DNA of 64,000 nt from Verrucomicrobiaceae bacterium (lineage in GTDB: Bacteria > Verrucomicrobiota > Verrucomicrobiia > Verrucomicrobiales > Akkermansiaceae), in NCBI GenBank assembly GCA_051252135.1, contig JBPOGH010000007.1, positions 174,892-238,891 of the forward strand. Reading direction: 5' to 3'. Shown here piece by piece: positions 57,019 through 64,000 of this stretch. Made by a program: the position numbers and the translations under genes. Below the pieces are notes generated by a model. It did no database searches. It had not been told where the DNA came from and worked only from the letters and a program-made list of their open reading frames with translations. Positions within the stretch are counted from its first letter, which is position 1, and every line of letters begins with the position of its first letter.

Positions 57019-58440
57019 TTAGTGGGTGCGGCCGTTGGTCTCGGCGGTTTCGAGGGCGGTGGCGAGTTTTTGGGTGATCTCGGGGTGTTTGGCGGAGAGT
57101 TCGGTGGTTTCGCCGGGGTCTTGGTGGAGGTTGTAGAGTTCGTAGGATTGCTTGCGGGCTTCGTCGTAGCGGACGATGAGTTTCCACTCGCCGGTGCAGA
57201 CGGCGATGGAGCTGTCTTTGCCGTCGCCGAGGATGAAGATGGCTTCGCGATTTTTTCCGGCATCGGGCTGTCCGAGGAGGGTGGGGAGGAGGCTGAGGGA
57301 GTCTTCGGCGACGTTTTCGGGGAGGTCTTTGTTGAGGATGTCGGCAGTGGTGGCGAAGAGGTCGGTAAGGTTGACGAGATTTGCGGAGGTGGTGCCGGGG
57401 GCAATTTTGCCGGGCCATTTGGCGACGAAGGGGACGCGGTGGCCGCCTTCGTAGGGGTAGCCTTTGCCATCGCGGTAGGGACCGTTGGTGACGTGGCCCA
57501 TTTTCTGGGCGTCGGCTTTGGCGCTTTTGAACTTGGTGCGGATGTCGCCGGAGTCGTCGGCGAGGTTGAGGTGGACGTTGTTGGTGCCGCGGAAGTCCTT
57601 GGGGGTGGAGCCGTTGTCAGAGGTGAAGATGACGAGGGTGTTTTCGCTGAGTTGGTGTTTTTCGAGGGTGGCGAGGAGGCTGCCGACGTGGGAGTCGAGC
57701 TCCTGGATGTAGTCGCCGTAAAGTCCGGCCTGGCTGGTGCCACGGAATTGGGCGGCGGGGGTGATGTGGGTGTGTGGGGCGCAGGGAGCGAAGTAGAGGA
57801 AGAAGGGTTTTTCGGTGGCGGCTTCACGCTCGATGAAGGCGATGGCTTTTTGGGTGAGGGTGGCGTCGACCTGATCTTCGACGCGGGGGGAGGCGAGGCC
57901 TCGGGGGAAGTCTTCGCCTTTGACGATCTCGTAGGCTTCGCCGGGCTTGCGGCCGACGAGGTCGTGGTTCTCGATGAAGGCGCGGTATTTGTCGTTGTGA
58001 TTGGTGGGGACGCCGAAGTGGTAGGTGAAGCCGACTTCGAGGGGGCCGGTGATGGGGGGGGTGTTCCAGTCCTTGCCGTAGCCGAGGTGCCATTTGCCGA
58101 TGGCGGCGGAGTTGTAGCCGTTTCCCTTGAGGAAGGCGGCGATGGTCATGCGCTCGGCGTTGACGCGGTAGCCGTTTCCTTTTTTGTGGAGTCGCCAAGG
58201 GGAATGTCCGGTGAGGAGGCCGTAGCGGGAAGGGGAGCAGAGGGAGGCGGGGGCGTGGACGTCGCTGAGCTTGATGCCCTCGGAGGCGATGCGGTCGATG
58301 TTGGGCGTGCTGATCTTGGTGGCGCCGTAGCAGCTGAGGTCGCCAAGGCCCAAGTCATCGGCGTAGATCACGATGATGTTTGGTTTATCCGCGGCGAGGG
58401 CGGTGTAGATGAGGCAGAGGAGGGAAAGGAGTGATTTCAT
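57019..58440 (-). CDS. Cys-type arylsulfatase
   Basis: KPNIIVIYADDLG, CSPSRYGLLTG, GKWHLG, FTSDNG, YEGGHRVPF. Confidence 0.93.
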   Translation of the reverse strand: MKSLLSLLCLIYTALAADKPNIIVIYADDLGLGDLSCYGATKISTPNIDRIASEGIKLSDVHAPASLCSPSRYGLLTGHSPWRLHKKGNGYRVNAERMTIAAFLKGNGYNSAAIGKWHLGYGKDWNTPPITGPLEVGFTYHFGVPTNHNDKYRAFIENHDLVGRKPGEAYEIVKGEDFPRGLASPRVEDQVDATLTQKAIAFIEREAATEKPFFLYFAPCAPHTHITPAAQFRGTSQAGLYGDYIQELDSHVGSLLATLEKHQLSENTLVIFTSDNGSTPKDFRGTNNVHLNLADDSGDIRTKFKSAKADAQKMGHVTNGPYRDGKGYPYEGGHRVPFVAKWPGKIAPGTTSANLVNLTDLFATTADILNKDLPENVAEDSLSLLPTLLGQPDAGKNREAIFILGDGKDSSIAVCTGEWKLIVRYDEARKQSYELYNLHQDPGETTELSAKHPEITQKLATALETAETNGRTH

Positions 58441-58550
58441 GAGGCGGAAGTTAGGGGAGGGGGTGAGGGTGGGAAGGGTAAGTTGATTGGCGTGCGATTT
58501 GAGTGTTTGGATGATTGCAGAGCACCCTCTTTACAGGCATTGTTCGTTTC

Positions 58551-61500
58551 ATGAGCAAGTTAACAATCCTTCATCTATCGGATTTACATTACTCAAAATC
58601 GAAGGAGACAAACGCTACTAAGCTTGTTGATGCTTTATTGGCCGATATCCGGTTTCTGAAAGAAAAAAAAGGAATATCGCCGGATGTAGTATTTTTTACG
58701 GGCGACTTAGTTTGGTCCGGTGATGAGGGTGATTCAGCCTTTCAGTGGATTTCAGGGAAGGTAGTAGACCCCGTGTTGGACCTGCTAGGATTAACGCAGG
58801 AACAGTTTTTTCATGTCCCAGGAAATCATGAAGTAGCACGCTCTAAAGTATATCAAGAAACAGAGACTGGCCTAGCTGGTTTATTTAATACTCCTGAAGC
58901 GTTCGAGAAATATTATGCGGAATTTTCAATTGGTGATGACCGTTTTAAAACTGTGACAGGGCGGTTAGAAGGATATCAGAAGTTTTCTGAAGCTTATCGG
59001 CAGGAAAATACAGTAAACAGAGATTTTTTCTACTCCACACATAAATTGAAAATAAACGGAGTTGAAGTTGGAATTGCGTGTTTTAATTCGGCTTGGCGAT
59101 GCTCTCATTTCGGGGAACCAGTTTCTGATGAATTTGGAGCTGATTACAAACGACTAATTGTAGGTCGATCAATTATTGAGAAGGCAGGGCAAGATATTAC
59201 GGGGTCCGATATAACAATAGCGCTCTGCCATCATCCCTTTGATTGGTTGGTCGGTTGGGATGAAAGGCAAGTTAGAAGGAGGATGCCGAGGAATTTTAAT
59301 TTATTGTTTAATGGTCATATTCATGAATCGGATATGACGCATTTTGAACAGAGTTTTGGTGGTTTCTTTACGTCGACGTCTGGTGCGCTACGGAGTGGTG
59401 AAGATTTCAGTCATTATTCGATTGTTGAGGTAGATTTGAGTGAAAAGAGTGTCTCTGGCAGACTTCGCAAGTGGTATCCAGGACGTGGCGAATTTGACCA
59501 AGAAACAGCTAAAGCTCGAAAGGGTATCGTAAAGTTCGAGGGCTTCAGTACGAATAATCCGGAGGTCGAAAGGCGGCTTATGCTAAATAAGTATCGCCAA
59601 GAACTAGGGGGTGCGATAGAGGACACGGGCATTGTAAACCCTCTCGAAGGTATTGTAGAGTTAAGTCTAAGGGATGTTTATGTCGATCCGATGATCTGCG
59701 CATCGTCGTCTCTAAGGCGAATGGCGGAGGAGCCCGAAATTCTCGATCTGGATGAGTTGTTGGGGAGTGGCGAGAATCTCTTTTTCTACGGACGCTCTGA
59801 GTCTGGGAAGACGAGTTTGTTACGGCATATTCAGACTAAGTTGCTTGAAGATTCCGAGGGTTTTGAAACAGTAATCCCTGTTTTTGTGAAATTTTCTGAT
59901 GTGAACCCGTATAAACCTGAGAAAATTGTAGGGGCTATTTGTGATGGTCTTGTAAATACTGTAACCAAGAGTGATGTTTCAAGGCTTCTTGGAGAGGGTG
60001 TGATTCGCGTTCTTATCGATGATTTGGGTGGGTCGTCAGTTGATAGAGTTTCTGAGCGAATCAATAGTTTGGTGAAGTTTTTGGAGTCTTATCCTAAAGT
60101 GTTAATTGTTGCTACGTTAGATGATCATTTAAATCAAAATCTTCAACGTGATGTTGAGGTATTTGGGAGTGCTATTTCAGCGAATCGTAGTTTCATTTGG
60201 CCTTTCACGACCGCAAAGATTCGGCAGCTTTTAACTCGAGTCTCGGTAGCTAAGAGTGTGGATGTCAATAGCATGCTCGAGCAGATACTTTTTTACTTTC
60301 AACAGTTGCAAATTCCTGCAACGCCGTTGGCGGCGACGCTTTTTATTGGTGTTCTATTTAGAGACCCAAATCAAAAGAACATCCAGAATGAAGCCTATTT
60401 GATCGAGAACTACCTTGAAGATATTCTTGAGAAAATTCAGCCTGACGGGCGATCTTCTGATTTAGATTTTCGAGATAAGGAGAGCTTTCTAGCCCATGTT
60501 GCGTGGGAGATGGTGGTTAACGATGTTACCAGTTTTTCAGTGGTGGATTTCGATAAAATTAAGTCAAGTTACTTTACTGGTTTTGGAGAAGAGGTCCCAC
60601 ATGACGGTGTTTTTGATGCCTTCTACGAGCGTGGGATATTACGGCGTTCAGAAGGTCTTGTTTCGTTCAAGGTTAGTTTTTGGTTCTCATTCTTTATCGC
60701 GAAGGCGATGGAGAAGGATCGAGATAAGCTGAATGCGCTTTTAGATCGGGATGATTATCTTAAATTTGGAACTGCCATTGCTTATAAGGCTGGGCTTACT
60801 CGAAATGATAAAGTGCTGTTAAGTGAAGTGCGCGGGCGTTTGGAAAAACTACGAAGTGCTGCGCTTGATGAGGCGCTGCTTGATGCAGATACCAGGATTT
60901 TTGAAGATGGGCTCAAGGCTGCCGGAAATCGAATTATTCAGAGTATCGATTCGAAGGTGGGGACTGTTAAAGATTTTGATAAAAACGCAGATAATCGGCT
61001 ATTGATTAGCGAAAGCACCGAGACTGTATCCGACGATTTGGAGACTGACATCGATCAGCTTGGAGAGCTATTGACACTCCATGCTGATATTCTAAGGAAC
61101 ACCAGAGAGGTTGGGGAAGATGTTAAAATGGATCACCTTGGAGCATCAGTCTCCGGTTTTCTTGATCTTATGTGGGTTTCTTTGGCTGGTGTAGACATGT
61201 TGGTCAAAGAGGTTGATGATGGAAATCTAGAGAAACTCTTTTTCTCTAAAATGCGCGGGCAAAAAACTGATGAGCGGATCAAAGCTCTCCGTGCCGCATC
61301 TCAGAAGATGGTGTTCCAATTAATTCCAGTTTCGTTTGCGCTTTTCATGAGTGATCACCTTGGTAGTCCCAAGCTCAAGGGTATTCTAGCGAAGTTGGCA
61401 AACGATGCTGACAGGGTTGCGGAGAGGCTGTACTTTGTGCTGATTTTAATCAAGAGTGACTTCAAGGCTGGGATTCGAGCTCTTGAAAATTTGACAAAAG

Positions 61501-61730
61501 ATACTTCTGTTGGGCCGGCTGATTTTATCAGTTCTATTTTCCTGAGGGTTCACTCTTTTGAGACAATATTGAGTGATGAGGAAATTCAAGTTGCGACAAA
61601 GGCCTTGGATGATATTCGAAAGAAATCGGCATCTCAGATAAGAAATTTGCCGCCGTTTGTTCAGGACACTTTTAGAGATGATACGCGTAAGATTATTCAC
61701 GTAAAACAGGATAAAAACAAAAAGAAGTAA
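58551..61730 (+). CDS. Calcineurin-like metallophosphoesterase fused to a STAND/NACHT-like NTPase
   Basis: HLSDLH, TGDL, PGNHE, HHP, GHIH; Walker A GRSESGKT, Walker B VLIDD; AT-rich relative to neighbours. Start set at ATG 58551. Confidence 0.85.
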   Translation: MSKLTILHLSDLHYSKSKETNATKLVDALLADIRFLKEKKGISPDVVFFTGDLVWSGDEGDSAFQWISGKVVDPVLDLLGLTQEQFFHVPGNHEVARSKVYQETETGLAGLFNTPEAFEKYYAEFSIGDDRFKTVTGRLEGYQKFSEAYRQENTVNRDFFYSTHKLKINGVEVGIACFNSAWRCSHFGEPVSDEFGADYKRLIVGRSIIEKAGQDITGSDITIALCHHPFDWLVGWDERQVRRRMPRNFNLLFNGHIHESDMTHFEQSFGGFFTSTSGALRSGEDFSHYSIVEVDLSEKSVSGRLRKWYPGRGEFDQETAKARKGIVKFEGFSTNNPEVERRLMLNKYRQELGGAIEDTGIVNPLEGIVELSLRDVYVDPMICASSSLRRMAEEPEILDLDELLGSGENLFFYGRSESGKTSLLRHIQTKLLEDSEGFETVIPVFVKFSDVNPYKPEKIVGAICDGLVNTVTKSDVSRLLGEGVIRVLIDDLGGSSVDRVSERINSLVKFLESYPKVLIVATLDDHLNQNLQRDVEVFGSAISANRSFIWPFTTAKIRQLLTRVSVAKSVDVNSMLEQILFYFQQLQIPATPLAATLFIGVLFRDPNQKNIQNEAYLIENYLEDILEKIQPDGRSSDLDFRDKESFLAHVAWEMVVNDVTSFSVVDFDKIKSSYFTGFGEEVPHDGVFDAFYERGILRRSEGLVSFKVSFWFSFFIAKAMEKDRDKLNALLDRDDYLKFGTAIAYKAGLTRNDKVLLSEVRGRLEKLRSAALDEALLDADTRIFEDGLKAAGNRIIQSIDSKVGTVKDFDKNADNRLLISESTETVSDDLETDIDQLGELLTLHADILRNTREVGEDVKMDHLGASVSGFLDLMWVSLAGVDMLVKEVDDGNLEKLFFSKMRGQKTDERIKALRAASQKMVFQLIPVSFALFMSDHLGSPKLKGILAKLANDADRVAERLYFVLILIKSDFKAGIRALENLTKDTSVGPADFISSIFLRVHSFETILSDEEIQVATKALDDIRKKSASQIRNLPPFVQDTFRDDTRKIIHVKQDKNKKK

Positions 61731-61929
61731 TTTAGTTAGTGTTCGTTCACTTTTCTATCTGTTCCTATATTCTGTCTTCTTTTTATCTTCTCTTTCCTGC
61801 TGACTTTTTGGACAGGACGCTGGTGTTTTACTAGGTCGGTTTCCAAACCTGACTCTTTCCTTTTTTCAGCTGGATCGTCTCTTGTTGATCCCGGGAGCGG
61901 ACTTTGAGGGGGGTGCCGGGCAGGGAGGT

Positions 61930-62026
61930 GAACTTTGAGATTTGAACAGTGAGATTTGAAGGTTGAAGGGGCGGGTTGGGGGAAGGTGAACTTTGAGCAG
62001 TGAACAGTGAGATTTGAAGGTTGAAC
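61930..62026. repeat. Two dispersed copies of the heptamer-built repeat unit
   Basis: GAACTTT-GAG[AC][TA][TG]T-GAACAGT-GAGATTT-GAAGGTT at 61930 and 61988; a further copy at 62605-62644. Confidence 0.8.
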
Positions 62027-62047
62027 GGGGCTGGGTTGCGGAGATTT

Positions 62048-62165
62048 GATCGCCCCTACAGGGCTCTGGATTTCTGGCGGTTGAGAATCCCAGCCCGTTC
62101 CTCCTTCGCCAAGGCTCCGGCGAGACAAGTGGGCTGGGCTACGTTGGTTTGCCCCGTTGGGGCTC
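62048..62165. repeat. REP-like multi-hairpin element (copy B) with a 31-bp nested insertion
   Basis: GATCGCCCCTACAGGGCTC...CCCAGCCCGT[insert]TGGGCTGGGCTACGTT...GCCCCGTTGGGGC. Confidence 0.75.
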
Positions 62166-62350
62166 TGGATTTATGGTGATCCTTGAGGAAGTGATGGATT
62201 CTTTGTTCAATAAGGAAAATAAGCGAAGGGAAACAGGTTCTTATTATTCAAAAAGCCCATTTTGAATAATAAGGGGCTGAGGCGGAGAGCGGTATTGTGA
62301 GGTTGGATAATAATGGGCAGCGGGTGGGTTGGATGGGGCTCGGGAGATTG

Positions 62351-62435
62351 GATCGCCCCTACAGGGCTCATGTCCTCTGGTGATGGGGAAACCCAGCCCG
62401 TTGGGCTGGGCTACGTTATTTTGCCCCTGTGGGGC
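62351..62435. repeat. REP-like multi-hairpin element (copy C)
   Basis: GATCGCCCCTACAGGGCTC...CCCAGCCCGTTGGGCTGGGCTACGTT...GCCCCTGTGGGGC. Confidence 0.75.
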
Positions 62436-62698
62436 GCAGGGAGACGCCGTGAGGTGGGCCGGGCCGGGTGTTGGGAGGTATGGGAGTTGGCGGGAATGGG
62501 AAATGCAGTCAGATGGAGTCGGGTATGGATGGGATGGGCGGGAATGGGAAACCCCACGGGTTGCGTGGGGTTGCGTTTTTTGCCTCGGTGGGGGCGGGAG
62601 GAGTGAAGGTTGAGCAGTGAACAGTGAGATTTGAACTCTGAAGGGGCGGGGTTGGGAGGAGACCTTTGCCTGTGCTTCTTCGGAGCTTTTTGGTGAGA

Positions 62699-63496
62699 TT
62701 ACTCGGGTTTGAGCTCTTTGATGCGGATGTTGCGGTACATGAGCTCGGCCCATTCGGCTTGGAGGCCGATGCGGCCTTTGGCGAGGGGGACGGTGTTTCC
62801 GTCTTTGTCCTTTTGAGTGAAGTTGGTGATTTCGTGGACGACTTCGCCATTGAAGATGAAGGTGGCTTTTTCGGAGCCGTGGACGCGGATTTCCATCTCG
62901 TTCCATTCGCCTTTGGGCTTTTCCTTGCCGAGCTTGGTGGGGTAGCTGCGGCCGGTTCTCTTTTTGCCCTCGGGGTGGAAGTAGTTGTCCTTTCCTTTGG
63001 TGTCGACGCGGAGGTCTTTGCCGAGGACGAAAAGGTCGCCGGAGTGGAAGCGTCCGGCGGAGCCGCGGGCGTTGGGCTTGTCGCCGGGGGATTCGCCGAT
63101 CTGCATTTCGAGGCAGAGGGGCCAGACTTTTTTGAGGTCGCCATGGACGTGGAAGAGGAGGCCGGCGTCGCGGTCCCAATCGGTGCGGGGGGCGAAGCGC
63201 TTCTCGAGCCATTTGTATTCGAGCTTGAGGATGTAGTGGCTGAATTCTTTTTTGGTGTTGAGGCAGTCGGTGTCCTGTTTCGAGTTGGCCTCTTCACCGG
63301 CGTAGACGTGGAGGGTTTTTTCCTCCTTGTTGATGGAGAAGGCGGATTCGCCACCGGCGAGGGCGCGGGCGGAGGTCCAGCCGTCGAGGGAGGTGCCATC
63401 GAAGAGAGGGACGAAGCCTTCTTCGAGGTCCTGGGCATGAGCGGGGAGGAGGGCAAGGAGGCCGGTGGCGAGGAAGGTGTGAAGTCTGGTTTTCAT
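62699..63496 (-). CDS. DUF1080 / 3-keto-disaccharide hydrolase family protein
   Basis: Signal peptide from ATG 63496, FVPLFDGTSLDGW, HYILKLEYKW, DAGLLFH, GEWNEMEI, GRIGLQAE, YRNIRIKEL. Confidence 0.9.
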   Translation of the reverse strand: MKTRLHTFLATGLLALLPAHAQDLEEGFVPLFDGTSLDGWTSARALAGGESAFSINKEEKTLHVYAGEEANSKQDTDCLNTKKEFSHYILKLEYKWLEKRFAPRTDWDRDAGLLFHVHGDLKKVWPLCLEMQIGESPGDKPNARGSAGRFHSGDLFVLGKDLRVDTKGKDNYFHPEGKKRTGRSYPTKLGKEKPKGEWNEMEIRVHGSEKATFIFNGEVVHEITNFTQKDKDGNTVPLAKGRIGLQAEWAELMYRNIRIKELKPE

Positions 63497-63634
63497 CAGT
63501 TGAGGGGGAGGCTGCATGTGCGGCGGGCTGTCGACAAGGATGGGTTTTTAAATGAGAGAGTCCGGGCAAAGTTGTATTATCAATGCTGTCTCACGAGGTG
63601 GATTCGATGCTTGAGTGAGCGGGGGGGCTGGGAT

Positions 63635-64000
63635 GAACTTTGAGCAGTGAACAGTGAGATTTGAACGCTGGAGGTGAGGGGAGCGGGGAAAGAACTTTGA
63701 GCAGTGAACAGTGAGATTTGAACGCTGAAGGTGAGGAGAGCGCGTGGGGGCTGGAATGAACTTTGAGCAGTGAACAGTGAGATTTGAACGCTGAAGGTGA
63801 GGAGAGCGCGTGGGGGCTGGAATGAACTTTGAGCAGTGAACAGTGAGATTTGAACGCTGAAGGTGCGGGGAGCGGGGAAAGAACTTTGAGCAGTGAACAG
63901 TGAGATTTGAACGCTGAAGGTGAGGGGAGCGGGGAAAGAACTTTGAGCAGTGAACAGTGAGATTTGAACGCTGAAGGTGCGGGGAGTGGGGAATGAACTT
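63635..64000. repeat. Tandem array of 57/66-bp units with a 42-bp conserved core (runs off the window end)
   Basis: Core GAACTTTGAGCAGTGAACAGTGAGATTTGAACGCTGAAGGTG starts at 63635, 63692, 63758, 63824, 63881, 63938 and 63995. Confidence 0.95.

Noticed and set aside
56931..57827. 389-aa ORF 56658-57827 as a single protein
   Set aside because: Only the last 90 codons look like a Phd antitoxin; the rest is an off-frame overlap with the sulfatase gene.
45427..58434. Long Pro/Ser/Thr-rich or Gly/Glu/Val-rich alternative-frame ORFs (e.g. 45427-46836, 47666-48922, 56959-58434)
   Set aside because: They overlap confident genes and their composition follows from the strand skew.
62470..62575. G-quadruplex or ncRNA in the GGGA(A)T-rich tract and CCCCACG/CGTGGGG hairpin
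   Set aside because: G-runs are common on this strand because of the skew, so there is no specific support.
61736..62660. Small ORFs between the STAND gene and the DUF1080 gene
   Set aside because: They are made of heptamer and REP-like repeats and pyrimidine-rich sequence, with no protein-like features.
63635..64000. CRISPR array
   Set aside because: The intervening sequences are short (15 or 24 bp) and repeat each other rather than being unique spacers. The core is non-palindromic and heptameric, and no cas genes are in the window.

Overview
GC-rich bacterial chromosome segment, most consistent with Verrucomicrobiota (inferred from the PEP-CTERM protein, CotH/lamin-tail proteins, many sulfatases and the C-terminal motifs of the secreted proteins). 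1-18.6 kb is mostly housekeeping: an LptF/G permease, a DAACS symporter, nuoG-H-I-J-K-L-M-N, a YiiX-like protein and tRNA-Tyr. 18.7-45.6 kb is a locus with a propeller sensor kinase and NarL-type regulator, a sulfatase, an atypical GH10 and seven secreted multidomain or PEP-CTERM proteins (including one just beyond, at 45.6-48.9 kb) that share unannotated modules. A TGTCAC-N8-GTGACA palindrome recurs in its intergenic regions. At 49.1-51.8 kb is an integrase-less, integron-like cassette array: a strong promoter, an attI-like site and three cassettes with matched core sites, including two 59-bp attC-like elements. The rest holds a sulfatase/esterase/BNR cluster split by a Phd-VapC toxin-antitoxin pair, a low-GC metallophosphoesterase-STAND NTPase gene (candidate defence), nested REP-like elements and a heptamer-built 57/66-bp tandem array at the window end. 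All product calls come from motifs recognised by eye; no searches were run.
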